Source: Camelus ferus
Lineage: Eukaryota
Length of the DNA: 64,000 nt
Direction: 5' to 3'
Assembly: GCF_009834535.1 (NCBI RefSeq)
Contig: NC_045697.1
Location: 19,346,001-19,410,000, forward strand
Shown piece by piece: positions 1 to 12,680 of the stretch. The notes beneath the pieces were generated by a model. The model made no database searches. It worked only from the letters and a program-made list of their open reading frames with translations, and was not told the DNA's origin. Every line of letters starts with the position of its first letter. Positions within the stretch are counted from its first letter, which is position 1. A program made the position numbers and the translations under genes.

Positions 1-587
1 GGTCAGTGCTGTAGAGAAGAGAGTGGGCCAAGAGTTTTGACTTGTAATAGATAATATCCAGGAGAGGGTGTGTCTATTGATCCAAAGTAGAGTTTCCTTC
101 TGGAACAAGAAAGAGGGTAGATAACAGAGGACTGTATTTTGCTGACTTAGTATAAGAGCAACACAGAAACTCACAGAAGTTCGCTTTATCTAAGCCTCAA
201 GGAAGCAGAACTGCATTCTCTCCTGGAGCGCTTAGGGAAGGGCTCAGCCATCTGGTCACCTTAAACCAGCAGTGAAGAACTTAAGCCTGAGGTTGAGGCT
301 ACAGATTCATTAGTCGGGAACTAAAGGCTGAAAACTAAGCCGTCTATGTTTGTTCTGGAGCCCCGGCTTGCGACAGGGAGCTAATAGACTCTCCCCATGC
401 CTCTGTCAAAAAGGGACTTTCCTTCAGAGAAAATGGGGGATTATGTCCCTGGGAGGTTATAGAGCTTCTCTTAGGGAAGGAAGTAAATCAATACTGATGC
501 TGGCGACAGAATCACATAATTCTGCTGACTTGCTGTGGTGTCTCGAGTATTATCCTGAGAGCCATGGGGATACCCCAGGTGAAGTGC

Positions 588-627
588 TGTGTGTGTGTGT
601 GTGTGTGTGTGCATGCGTGCGCACGTG
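588..627. repeat. (TG)12 microsatellite continuing as an alternating purine-pyrimidine tract
   Basis: TG x12 at 588-611, then CATGCGTGCGCACGTG keeps strict R/Y alternation to 627. Confidence 0.95.
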
Positions 628-846
628 AGCACTCCTGTGCACACACAGAAAATACAAGAGCGCTCTTTTCACCCTTCCTCTGGCTTCCAGAGCACTTCGT
701 GTGTTTCTTAACCCCCCGTGACCTTTACTGGGGTTGTCTGTGCACTCTCCATGCCTTCTCTGGCCTGTGAGCACCAAAGGAAAAAGAAAAAACCTTCTAG
801 ATTTTTTTTTATAGTGCTCACTGTGCCAAGCACGCGACTGTGCACT

Positions 847-1210
847 GATTCAGATATACATATGTAAATATTCTTTTTCATTACAGATTATTGTAAGATA
901 TTGACTATAGTTCCCTGTGCTAAGACCTTGTTTATCTATTTTATATAGAGTAGTTTGTATCTGCTGACTGTAAATTCCTAAATTTATCCCTCCCCCAACT
1001 TTCCCCTTTGGTAACCATAAGTTTGTTTTCTATGTCTGTGAGTCTGTTTTGTAAATAAGTTCATTTGTATCATATTTCAGGTTCCATATGTAAGTGATAT
1101 ATTTGTCTTTCTCTGACTTACTTCACTTAGTGTGATAATCACTAGGTTCATCCAAGATGCTGCAAATGGGATTATTTTATTCTTTTTTATGGCTGAGTAG
1201 TATTCTCTCT

Positions 1211-1267
<57 letters not shown>

Positions 1268-1810
1268 CCACATGTTCTTTATCCAGTCATCTGTCAATGG
1301 ACATATAGGTTGCTTCCATGTCTTGGCTACTGTAAACAGTGCTGCTATGAACATTTGGGTGCATGTACCTTCTCGAATTAGCATTTTCTCCAGATATACA
1401 CTGAGGTGTGAGACTGCTGGATCATAAGGCAACTCTGTTTTTTTAAGGGAACTTCATACTGTTTTACATTCCCACCAACAGTGGCATCTTTAGAATTTTC
1501 TATATATAGCACCATGTCATCTTCAAACAGAGATTGTTTTACTTCTTCCTTTTTCTTTCATTTCTATTTCTTGTCTGACTGCTGTGGTGAGGACTTCCAA
1601 TACTGTGTTGAATAAAAGTGGCAGAAGTGGGCATCCTTGTCTTGTTCTTCTATTGAGATAATCATATGATTTTTATTCTTCAATATCTTAACATGTTATA
1701 TCACACTGATTGATTTGTGGACATTAAATTATCCTTGCATCCCTGGGATAAACCCCACTTGTTCATGATATGTGATCCTTTTAATGTATTGTTGGATTCA
1801 ATTTGATAAT
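847..1810 (-). mobile_element. L1 LINE fragment (3' UTR, ORF2 C-terminus and RT pieces), internally deleted
   Basis: Minus ORFs 1187-1432 (PYDPAV..CTQMFIAALFTVAKTWKQPICP) and 1077-1271 (EYYSAIKKNKIIPFAASWMNL..LSEVSQ) match the L1 ORF2 C-terminus. The 3' UTR is homologous to 60740-61154. 1486-1810 resembles the RT region. Confidence 0.9.
1214..1263. repeat. (TG)25 microsatellite inside L1
   Basis: Direct reading; preceded by a short (CT)n. Confidence 0.97.
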
Positions 1811-2534
1811 ACAAACTTCGGTTTTCTCTATCTTGTATCTGTCTTGATATTTCAAGTTGTGCTTCTCCTTACAAATCGGGAACTGGTAGATTCTACGTGG
1901 TGCAGAGAGTCAAATTATAGCATCAACTGAGCATCTGCCTTCTCTGCTGTATGCTCTTGGACCTCAGTTTTCTCAGCATTACACCAGTGATAATCATTTC
2001 TATCAGATAAGGTGAGTGTATGCATTTGATATATTCATTTAAATTATAAGCCACATAAAAGGGATGCAGAAGTAAGATGCTCTATCTTTTGTCTTACCTG
2101 TAATGCTCAGCACTGTGCTTTGGAAATGTCTCACATTCAAAATTAAATTCAAATTATATTTTTTGAATGAACGAGGGAGTTGTTAGCACATAATTTTCTA
2201 AAGGTTTTTCAAATCGGATAGACTCGGGTTTGCTGCGTCCTTCTCCAACTAATGACTTCCCTACCTGAAGGTAGAGCTAAACTTCTAATTTCATGAAGGT
2301 AAAAATAAACCTACTAGACTATAGTAATGTCAAGCACAGTATCTGGTACATCATTTGTGCTTTAAATTTATATTTAAATCTATAAATATTTATATTTAAA
2401 TTTATCTTTAGTAACTGAATGAATAAATAAACCATTGAGTCTGAAACCTGCTGCAGCTGGATCTGATATGTAGGTTAGGTAGCATCATTAAGAAACACAT
2501 TTTAATTTCATGAAAATTTACTCTTTAAAAATGC

Positions 2535-2870
2535 AGATTTATTGAGTTATAATTAATATACAAATAACTGCATATATGTAATGTGTACTGCAGATACCTG
2601 TGCTACCATCACTGCAATCAAGGTAATAGACAAATCTAGCACCTACCAAAGCTTTCCGTGTCCTTTTTGTCCCTTGAGTACTTTTTTTTTTGGTGGTAAG
2701 AATACTTAGTATGAAATCTACTGTCTTAACTACTTTCGGAATGTCACAGTGCTGTGCTGTTCACCGTGGGCACTATGTTATGCGCCGTAGACTTCTAGAA
2801 CTTTTTCATCCAGCATAGCTGAAACTTTACGTCCATTGAACAACTCTCCCTTTTCCCAAGCCTGTATTCT
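2535..2870 (-). mobile_element. Old L1M 3' end fragment
   Basis: TTTTATTGAGTTATAATT...AAATAACTGCATATA...TCTAGAACTTTTTCATC...ACTTTACGTCCATTGAACAACTCTCCC is typical antisense L1M 3' UTR. Confidence 0.7.
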
Positions 2871-4114
2871 CCATTTGTGAAAATTTATTCTTGATGCCCT
2901 AGCACCTGTTAAGCTGTATGATTTCATAAACAGTCTCTGTTCAACTTCCGTTGGGAGCGTGTGGTTTGCCAGCTTGACTTCCACCCCTTGTGGGGTCCCT
3001 CTCCAAGCCCCATCACGGGTGCAGGTGAGACTGGGTTGTGTATGTGTGTAGGTGTGGGGGCAAGCAGAGCTGGGAGGAGAGCAGTGGGGGACAAAAGAAG
3101 GAAGTGGTGTGCTTGATAAAAATACCTGGTTCTGCTACTGTTCTGCTTTTCTAGGTTCCTATTTCAGCATCTCACCTTCTCCTCGTCAACACTCTCAACT
3201 TATTTTTATCCCATTCCCCAGCCAGCACCCTCCAGAGATCCTACCCATATTTCCACTTACTCTGAATGCAGAGGAAGGCCGAATAACTTGCACACATATG
3301 TCCTTTCTTTTCTATATGTTTCTTTCATGTGTGTTATTCTATTTAGTTATCTCATGATTCCCATTTTTCAGATGGAAAAAGAAATATAGAGGCAAAGGTG
3401 ATCAGCTGGGGGTCTCAGGCCACTAGAGAGTGGTGGTATTTGGAATTAAATCTTTTGTTCAGAGTCAATCACAGCTGTCTGTAAATTGCGTTATTACATT
3501 AAGGGCAATGGGCTTGGTGGCGTGTCTCTCTCTCCTCCACTCCTTCCTTCCAGTTCTGGCTTTCTGACCCAATCAGTTTTGGTTGTTATTTTTGATAGGC
3601 TGTCTTTTTTTTTTTTTTTTTTTTAACCCCTATTTGATTTTTCTTTTGGAGCATCTTTCGACTTGTCTTTTAGAACTGGCTAGTTTTCTGGAGGAGTGCT
3701 TGGGTGATTGAACTTCCCTCTCCAGCCCACCTTCCTTTTCTCTGTGTGCTTGATAAAAATCATTCATTCTCTCTGTAGGTCTTCTGTCGTCTTAGTTACT
3801 GGCTCACCATCCGAGTGCTCATTCAAGCCAGAATTCTCAGCATATTTAAGTTCACAAGAAGAACCTGATTTGTTGTGTTGGAAGATGTCAAACAGCTGCC
3901 AGATAGGGAGCCAATAGTGTCTTTCTATGGGCCAGGCTCTGTACGAGGCATGTAAGTGATTTAATCATGAGACCATGTGGAACAGACTGCCCATGTGACG
4001 GCTCTGATCCTGGAGGAGGAAAAATGCTAAACACGTAGCCATGGGCCATGTAGCATTAATGGTTGCATTTCTTCTGCAGTCACAGCACAGGTTTTGTGAT
4101 TTATTCCTGTAATA

Positions 4115-4570
4115 GGTAGGGAAAGGCTAAGCTGCTGCAACAGAGACCTGACAATACAATGGCCTAATGAACAGAGAAGTTTATTTCTTTCTCATGAAAC
4201 AGTCCTGATGTGCACAGTCCAGGGCGGTTGGTTGGTCTTCCATTCCCTAGGGTGCTGCCATTGGCCACATGGTTGAGGCTGGACGGATGCCACATTCAGG
4301 TTCCAGCCACCAGAAATGGGGAGGGACCTGGAGGAGACACATCCCATGTCCTACAACCCAGGTCAAAGGGAAAGAAAGGCTGGGCTTGTGGTCTAGCAAG
4401 GCCACCAAGTACCCACCTTCCATTCTATTCCATTCCATTGGGCAGATTGAGAGGATGGATTTTGTGGGTACCTGCCATCTCACTGCCTTTTGAGGGATTT
4501 CCTCCACTCCTTTTAAAGTTTGTTGGGAGCGACAGTGGGCTTGCTGGGAGCAGGGAGGCGTGTGTGCTAG
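4115..4570. mobile_element. MaLR LTR remnant (MLT1J/K-like)
   Basis: GGCTAAGCTGCTGCAACAGAGACC...ACAATGGCCTAA...AGAAGTTTATTTCTTTCTCATG resembles an old MLT1 terminus. Confidence 0.6.
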
Positions 4571-6409
4571 GCAAGAGGAGGAAAGACCCTTCACAGCGTT
4601 GAAAGCTGTGGTGTGAGACTCATGCTACGTTCTCGCTGACCACGCTGGACAGAGCCCTTCGACTCCTAGAACCAAATGTTAAGTGGAGACTTTTCCTAAT
4701 TTGGAGAAACAACAAAGTTGACACTTAGATTGGAATGTTTACCACTTAAAATCATCTTCCTGTAATTTTTAATTAAAATTTTGGTACCTGCTAAGGCTTA
4801 AACGCAGGCAATGTGAAGAGATGAGAGAAATAAATGAACATGTGATGTACCAAGAGGATGCTGATGGAAAAAGCTTTCCCAGCAGCACACAATCCTCTCA
4901 GATCAACGGTCCACATTCGATTACAGCAGCTTTTGCACTCCAGGTTGAGATTTCACTCCACACACATATCACGCAGTCTCTCCTGGCAGAGAGAGCGTCA
5001 GCTATCTTGTAAGATGGAATTTAGCACGTCGTTATTTTGTGTGTGTGGCAAAACCCCAACAGCTCCCAGATGCTTTTCCACCTGAATGTGTCTGAGAACT
5101 GTTTGGGAGACAGGACAACCCTGTTTAGGAGGCAGGGACAACCTGCTGTTTCATTTGCTTAGAAAAATCCCACCATCTGCCTCTGATGTCAGGTGACGTG
5201 GGGTGCTAGGTGAGGGGCCTCCCTGACAAGCTATATCCTGAGGGATGCTGCCGGCATCTGCTCACAAGTGGAAGAGAGAGCACACACACGCACGCACACT
5301 CGAGTACCTATAACAACCCATAACTGGAGGCAGGGCGGGTCCGGGCACCAGATGTTTTGCTTCTCCCTTCTTCCCTGAAGCACATGCCAGTAGGTGGCAG
5401 TTTAAAAATCTGAGCTGAAGAAGCTTAAAAATTTTTTTTTTTTCACCAAAGAGCAAGAGTCTTCTGGGCTGTCGTCTTCTTCAAATGCAGCCTGGTGGGA
5501 GTGAATCCCTGTAAAAATGAGAACCAGACCATCTCTTATTGTGCCTGAGAGGTTCAGGAAAGGGCACTTCACTGCTCCGCCTTCTGATGCTTTCCCTCAA
5601 GGTCCCATCTGCCTCATCAAATTCTGCCTCCGACTGGCTGATACCAGCCCCCTGGGAGTTGTTCTCAGACATCCAAAATCAATAGGCAGAGCTGTCAATC
5701 ACCGCAGGCCTCCTCAGCTGAGAAGGGCTGCCCTTCCCGACTGGGACTTCTGGGAGATGCCCTGAGCCCCATCTTCACAGCAGTTCACTTGGTTCTCAAT
5801 GAAGTTTGCTAATTCTCATGATTAATTGCCTCATTAATGAGGGAGATTCACACGGTCTATATGCTTTCAGCCAGGTTGTCAGATACCTTTGAAAGGGTTT
5901 AATGTCAATAAAAGTCTCTGTGTTGCCATTAGTTGAGTTAAGTAAGCATTTAACAACTCCACTCAGGTGATCATTGTCCTGGGAAAAGACCCAGGCAGGC
6001 TATCTGCTAAATTCAGTGCCCCATGGGGACAAGAACTTGCATCCAAGTGAAAAGAGGTTGCTATGTGTAGGCTGGGGAAAGCAATAGAAAAATGAAAATG
6101 AATAAAAGCTAGATGAAACTTGAACACTGCTAATGTACTGCACAGTGTGAAATTAAGCAAGCCATCTGACTTACCAAATACTTGGTCTGAGTTTGAAAGC
6201 CTGAGCACTAGAATTTACTGACATCCTTGTTACAGCCTTCCTGCCCCAGGACATTTGTGTCGCTTTTCTTTCTACATTGATGTTTTCCTTCAGGTCCTTG
6301 AGTGGATCCCTCTTGCGCTTATTTTAGTTCTTGATTTAAATGTTTGCACCATGGGGAGGTTCCATCATCATCCTCATAAAAATAGCCCCACCTGTCATCA
6401 CACAGCGCT

Positions 6410-6542
6410 GCTTATTGTCTGTTTCCCCTGTGGAGCAGAGGAAGGACTGGGTTTGTTCTGTTCACTGCTGTATCCCCAGAGCCAGGAACAATTCTTGGAA
6501 TATTGTAAGTGCTCAGCAAATACATAACAACTGATGAATGAA
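6410..6542 (+). mobile_element. L2 3' end
   Basis: TTGTTCTGTTCACTGCTGTATCCCCAGAGCC...GTGCTCAGCAAATAC...TGAATGAA is the L2 tail signature. Confidence 0.75.
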
Positions 6543-7199
6543 ATCCTAACAATAGAAATAATGTTAATAAAAGAAAAATTTCCCAAATACTTTCATCCAG
6601 AAATAAACACCATTCACATGTTGAGGAACTCACCTCATTTCAGATATTTTTCTATATATCCATCTATTAAAATAGGATACAGCTATCAGTGCTCTTTTAA
6701 GAGAGTTTTAAAATTTTCTTTAATTTCATTTGAATTGAACAGAAGAGAAAAATAAAGATAAAAGAAAAGGTGAAACTTTGAATGGATTTTTATCACTGTA
6801 AGAGGTGTTATTTCCTAAAATATTCCACTAAAGAGATTATGCAAAATATTAAGAAGTTGGAGTCTCTACGATTTTTTTTAAAAAACTACATTTGGAGTTT
6901 GAATTTCTGCCATAAAAGATTAGTATTCTCACATTTCCTCCCAATTTTTGAAATTATATTACTTCTTTTGTAACATTCAGCTGACTTTCTCTTTGGTATG
7001 TGTCATTCATACAAGTGTCAAGTATTTGTTTGTTTGTAAATGGACAACCTCCCTACCATCAGCTTTCCCTAATGTTCTCTTCCATCCTTGAGGTTTACAT
7101 TTGGATGAAACTCTTACCTGACTAGATTTCATTGGCAAGTGGATTTTCCCAGCAGGCCCAGAGGGTGGCACTGTAGGACTGCTGTTAAGAGAGAAGTTT

Positions 7200-7395
7200 C
7201 TGGAGTCACCACCCGGGGTTAACATCTCAGCTCCCCTATTTCCTAGGCTGTGTGACCTTGGGAAAGTTACTTCCTTTCTCTGTACCTTGGTTTCTTTATT
7301 TGAAACATGGGGATAATAATAGCGCCTACTCCATAGGGCCTGTGGGGTGGAATAAAGGGATAATCTCTTCACACTGTGCCTGGCATCCAGTAAGC
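7200..7395 (+). mobile_element. MIR SINE
   Basis: GCTGTGTGACCTTGGGAAAGTTACTT..CTCTGTACCTTGGTTTC..ATGGGGATAATAATAG MIR core. Confidence 0.85.
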
Positions 7396-8582
7396 CTGCC
7401 CCACTCACTCCCTTTGAGAGCGATCTCATTCCTTTCAGAGTAGTCTACCAAAGATATCTCTCACCCTGCCAAACTGTGGAGACCACCAGATCAACAGTTC
7501 TTTCCTCCCCAGACCTCACACAAATACTGTCATTTCCTTATGCCCAGTTCCCTCCAATGAGGACTTAGAGTTCAAACGCTTTGATCTCTGACAGGTATAG
7601 ACATGAAATTGACAGGGAGCAAGGCAGCCAGCAGAGGGGAGTCCTAGGAGGTTGTGGGAGGCTGGCCCGTGCTGTTGAACCATTTTGAAATCATTCTCAG
7701 GAGCGAGGCAGCCCAGGAGAAGGTCTATAACCCGGATTGCAGCCGCAGCCTGCATCTGACAAGTTTATTTCCACAGTTGGATGTGATTTGCCTTAATGCT
7801 GGTATCCCTCCCGCCAAGGTGCATGCTGTTTGCTCAGATGTTGGTCACATTTTGATAATCATTTAATCTTTATTTATTCTGTGCACCCTATGGTGCAGAT
7901 AATCATCTCTGGCTGCCAGAGGAGGAGACCGGCTGGAGTCAATATGGAACCCAAGGACCCTTCCCGACGGGATTTTTCTCAAGAGATGGATGTGTCAATT
8001 TAAGTGGAAAGTTCCTCGCAAAACTGTAGACAGGACTGGCATTTTCAATTTCCAGCAAATGAGAAAAACGGGGGAAATTTTCTTTTTATTTTCAATTAAG
8101 GAATTCTGATTAAGCACCTATCCCCCTCCCCCCCTTTTTTTTTACTTACTATAATACTTGTATTTTGGTAATTTCTCTATCACCTAACCCTTGACATAAA
8201 AATGCTTGAGCTCATCAATTTCTATAACTGGACTAGAGATCAGGGGATTGAGAAGAGTAAAACAGTGCAAAGGATTTTCAAATTCATAAAAGAAACTGGC
8301 ATTTTAAATTTAACTTGTGTTGTTTTTAAATCTATGATATCTTTTTTTAGGCTTTGTTACAAGGGTTATGGTGGCTTGATAAAGGTAAATTAGGATGCTT
8401 TCTATATTCTTTTCTGTTCAAACAGTATTTATTAGTATTAAAATTACATATGATTTCTTTTTGATTCATGAGTTTTCAAAAAATAATCTTTTTAATTCTT
8501 AAAAGAACTTGTGTATATTTTGTTCTTGGATATTCTTATCCGTTTTCCACCATGGGGCTTTCAGAACGTTTTGATCATTCTT

Positions 8583-8653
8583 TTTTCTTTTCTTTTTTTT
8601 TTTTTTTAACATTTTTTATTGATTTATAATCATTTTACAATGTTGTGTCAAAT
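8583..8653 (-). mobile_element. Extremely 5'-truncated young L1 3' tail with poly(A)
   Basis: T-run then AACATTTTTTATTGATTTATAATCATTTTACAATGTTGTGTCAAATT (AATAAA on minus); possible degenerate TSD TTTGATCATTCTT / TTGGATTATTCTT. Confidence 0.75.
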
Positions 8654-9009
8654 TTGGATTATTCTTAATCAAGAAAAATGTTACTTGAACTTTTGACTCG
8701 TGCCCATGAATATTATTTTCTTTAGTCTGTGAATGAAAAACTCAGCCAAGGGAGATAAGAGACGCAGAGAGTAGACTGAAGGGCATTTGAGAGGTCCTTT
8801 CATCCTAAATCATCAGAGAGTAGGGTAAGTGGACCTCATGGCTTTGACTTTCTGCTTAGTATTGAGTTGGACTTTGGCACGGTGCCCTCAGCTTACACTG
8901 AGGGATGTCCTGAAGAAATCAAAGTTTTGTAGGAGGATTGCTGAAGACACTGAACTCTGTATTACTCCGTATCCTCTGGATACACCTGTACACGATCTTT
9001 CATTTAGAC

Positions 9010-9456
9010 CTGTGCTGTCCACATGTGGCTATTAAGCACCTGAAATATGGCTACTGCGACTGAGAAAATAGATTTTACTTAATTTGTAATTGATTTAACT
9101 TTAAAAAATGAATATGCAGCAATGGGAAAACTTTTTAAGTATATTGGAACAATTTGGTTATGTGAATCTACTTTTTCCACCATTCATTTTATGAAATCTA
9201 AATATACACTAAGTATTTCCAATGAAAATTCAGTGTCTCTGAGAGTAATACAGTATATTAGTGTAAAATATACACTATATTTTGAAAACTTTTCTCCAAA
9301 TTGATTACATATTGAAATGATAATTTTTGGTTATATTGGGTTAGATGAAATGTTATTAAAATTAATGTACTTTTTTTTTTACATTTTTAGATGTGGTTAT
9401 TAGAAAATCAAAAATTGCATATGTGACTCATATCATATTTCTGTTGGACAGCTCTG
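9010..9456 (+). mobile_element. hAT-Charlie DNA transposon (Charlie1/MER33-like), internally deleted, with transposase C-terminal remnant
   Basis: Terminal inverted repeats CTGTGCTGTCCA (9010) / TGGACAGCTCTG (9445-9456). ORF 9122-9304 GTIWLCESTFSTIHFMKSKY..SISNEN resembles the hAT dimerisation motif. Confidence 0.85.
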
Positions 9457-10319
9457 GTATGCACTGAAGTTCCAGGAAAAATCTTTGTTTCATCTAAAGA
9501 AATTGTATGTATTTTTTTCTTTTCTCAAAGACAATATGGATATTATAATCAAATTAATTTATCTATAAAGGTAAATTCTTGGCCATCAGAACCTCACTGC
9601 TCTACTTTTGTCTCAGTATTATTTCCTCTAAGATCTTATCACTTTCATGGCTTCATTTAATTTTTCCTCCTGGTCTTACCTTCCTGCTATGTCTGTATTT
9701 TCTCTTGTTGTCATTTAATTTAGTTTACATATGTTTAATTTATCATGTTGGATGTATTCTTGGGAGGAACACCAAATCATGCCATGGAGAGCCCACCTGG
9801 CCTCCCAGGGAGCTTGTCCAGGCTACAGACATGGAGGGACATGAATGATGGTGTGATGAAACCCTCACATTTGACAGGAAAAAGATAGAAATATAAAGGG
9901 ATTGGCATTTTGAAAGCCCAAAGCTCCACAGAGCTCAATACAAGTCATTTCTGAAAGCCACTCGAGTTTGTAGTCAGTTTCTGGAGATCTAGAAATCTTT
10001 CCTGGAGTGTTTTTAGTAGAACCTAGCCTTTCACTAATTGAATGTTGCCAGCTAACTGATAAAGTCAGTGTTGCTGAATGCTATCATAACGATTTTGTGT
10101 TGCTTGAAAATGCTGTGGTGAAGCTTAAGTATATGAGTGCAACATGAAAGGTGTTGATAGTATGGCCACATGGAGCTACCGTGAGTGATTGGCTATTATA
10201 TGGAATTTATAGGACTTCAATCTTTTTGCCTAGTGGAACCCAGCTGAGTGGTTCCCTATGATGATTGTATTTTGGGCTACGTTATAAGATCAGCTGGTCT
10301 TGTAAACCAGGCTACGATA

Positions 10320-10530
10320 CTAAAATAGCCTGGACTTTGACGTCACAAAGACATAGGTTTGAATTCCAACTTTGTCCTTTCCCAGGTAAGTGACCTTTGG
10401 TAAATTACATAAAACATTCCTGGGCCTCGTTTTCTCATCTTTGACACGGATATGCTGGTCACTATCTGCTGTGAAGGCATGGGGGATAGAATTTGGGGCT
10501 GTGCCTGTCACGTGATAAATGCTCAAAATC
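10320..10530 (+). mobile_element. MIR SINE
   Basis: GGTTTGAATTCCAACT...GTGACCTTTGGTAAATTAC...GGGCCTCGTTTTCTCATCT. Confidence 0.7.
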
Positions 10531-10659
10531 ACATGCTTCTCTTGTCTTCCCTTCTTGCTCCCCATTGTCTTCCAAGCCACCATTAGTTATGTGCAACCAC
10601 GTGAATTTCCTGCCCACTTCCGTCTCCCCTGACTGCTACCTCCACCATCATTTTCCTAG

Positions 10660-10860
10660 TAGCTGATACCTATTGAGGGTTTATTCTGTGCCAGACACTG
10701 TACTCTTATCTCCTCACATAGTCTTTTGAACAAATCAGGACATCAGGGCTTAGCAAGGTTAAATAACTTGCCTAGGAAAATTATTATTCCTTCATATAAT
10801 TAGAAAGAAATAGGGTAGAAGTCCAAAAATATGTCTTTCTGAGTCCTAAGTATATGAATG
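10660..10860 (-). mobile_element. MIR SINE
   Basis: TGTGCCAGACACTGT...GGCTTAGCAAGGTTAAATAACTTGCCTAGG antisense MIR core. Confidence 0.6.
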
Positions 10861-11345
10861 TTTGATCTAACACATTAGTAGCAATAATCCATTGACTTCA
10901 GTCCTCTGAAACACTGATTACTAAAAAGATTTGGAAATTGCCCTGCAATTTCTCCAAAGAATTTTGCTTGCCTTCAGAGACCAGCCACCCCATGAGTTGC
11001 TGGGGCCAATCTGTCTTGGGGCTCAGCTGACTTCTTTCCGATGAGCTGCAGAAAGGAGAAAGGGTATGTCATTTTATGATTGAATTTTTTATTGAGAAAG
11101 TGGCACAAAAATTAACTTTAACTGTTATAAACATAAAATACCTACATTAGGATGAGAGTTAAAAATTATAATAGATTCCAGCCCAACTTTAGGACTTGTT
11201 TTATCAAGTAACTAGCATAAGTTCTTCTCTTTAAATATTACTTAAGAAAATAAGGACAAAAAGCTGTGCTGTGTTCTTTCCTGTCAAGTGAGTGTATGAT
11301 TGTTGGTTTGCAAACTGGCCCCCTGACCTAGAATTAAAGAGAGGT

Positions 11346-12221
11346 TGAAGAAAGGGACACCACTCCAGATTGGTAGGTGGCAGGTTTAATAAGCCAAGAA
11401 TTTACATTCAAGGCTTGTCTTGGGCAAGAGAGTAGATCTCCACACCTACCCTCCAGGATCTTAAATGTTTATGTAAAGGCCTTAACTGGCAACAGTCACT
11501 TATACCATCCAGATGGTCTCAACACCACCTGCTCTCTCAAGCCTGTGTCCTTGGAAACGGCTCCCCCTGTGGGAATGGTGAGCAGTGTTGGGGAGGAAGA
11601 AGTTTTCCCCTCCCCTTCTAGGTACTTCTGGCTGGTCTCAGAATTACACTGACATAAGAGATTCACAGGAGAAAATCAAACAACGTTATAAATTGTATAC
11701 ATGGGAGACCCAGGAAAACTGAGTAATTTGCCAAAACGGTGGAAGCCCTCACCTTGAATACCATCTTCAGCTAAAGACGAAAGAGGATGTTGGATGTAGT
11801 GATATGAGACTTCAGAGGGGAGGAAGGCACTTCACAAGGAGATGGTAAAGCGAATGCTTGATAAATGTGTGCTGGCCATGCAGAGACCATGGACACAGCG
11901 TGGTCTCTGATCTCCACCACCCCATCCAGCTCATATTCTATCTCTGGTGATGGCTCTGTTCTGGGAACAGGCCCTTTATCTAATTTTTTTAGGTAACTAA
12001 TGGGGAGACAAAAAGAAAGACTTTCTGAGTCTCCTGATTCTTAAAAATAATCAGCCTAAACTTATCGTCATGCCAAATGGACACATTTTGGGGTAACAAA
12101 TTTTGCTTCCCCATTGCAATTATCTTTTAAGGACAGAGGAAGGGGTAAGGGACTTCTGATTGCCTGGATCCAGCTCGCAGGTCACCTGGTGGTCACATCC
12201 TCTCAGTGACCTCCTCCAACA
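11346..12221 (-). mobile_element. ERV LTR (outer), interrupted by a second LTR
   Basis: The minus strand starts TGTTGGAGGAGGTCA (12221) and carries ATTAAA near its 3' end (plus GGTTTAATAAG ~11385). It is split at about 11586-12115. Confidence 0.55.
11586..12115 (-). mobile_element. ERV1-like solo LTR nested in the outer LTR
   Basis: Plus-strand edge TGTTGGGGAGG. AAAATAATCAGCCTAAA..ATGCCAAA..ACATTTTGGGGTAACAAATTTTGCTTCCCC is a typical ERV1 (MER4/MER41-group-like) LTR end. Confidence 0.65.
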
Positions 12222-12529
12222 GTGACGTTATCATCTGTTATAGGCATGTATGTTGTACGGTAGGCACCTCTTCCAATGCATATCTTCTATCTTTTAGGAG
12301 TTGAAATTTAAATGGCCAAAGTAAAGCAAAGCAAACCACACTAAACCAAAAACTGATGCAAGAAATAGAATTTTGTTTGGTTCTAAATTTTCTCATCTCA
12401 CTGCCTCAGAATCAGTCCATCCACATGTATGGCTCCTTTCTAAAGAGGAAAGACTCTACTTTTGCTCATTATTCTGAGAACATATAGACAGGGTAAAGTT
12501 ACTTTGCTTAATCAAATAGACATAGTAAA

Positions 12530-12680
12530 GTTCATTCATTCATTCACTGATTCCTTCATCAGAAAATATGAATTGATCACTCTATTTGAATAAATCAATG
12601 ATAAACTTCGTAACTGTGAGCCATGCCCTATTGTAGGACTGGAGATACAATGAGAAATGTGTGGATATTAGAGCTTTTCA
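12530..12680 (-). mobile_element. L2 3' end
   Basis: TTCATTCATTCATTCA tail followed by ...GGACTGGAGATACAATG. Confidence 0.6.

Noticed and set aside
1077..1432. His-Thr and Cys-Val repeat ORFs
   Set aside because: Translations of (TG)n inside an L1 fragment.
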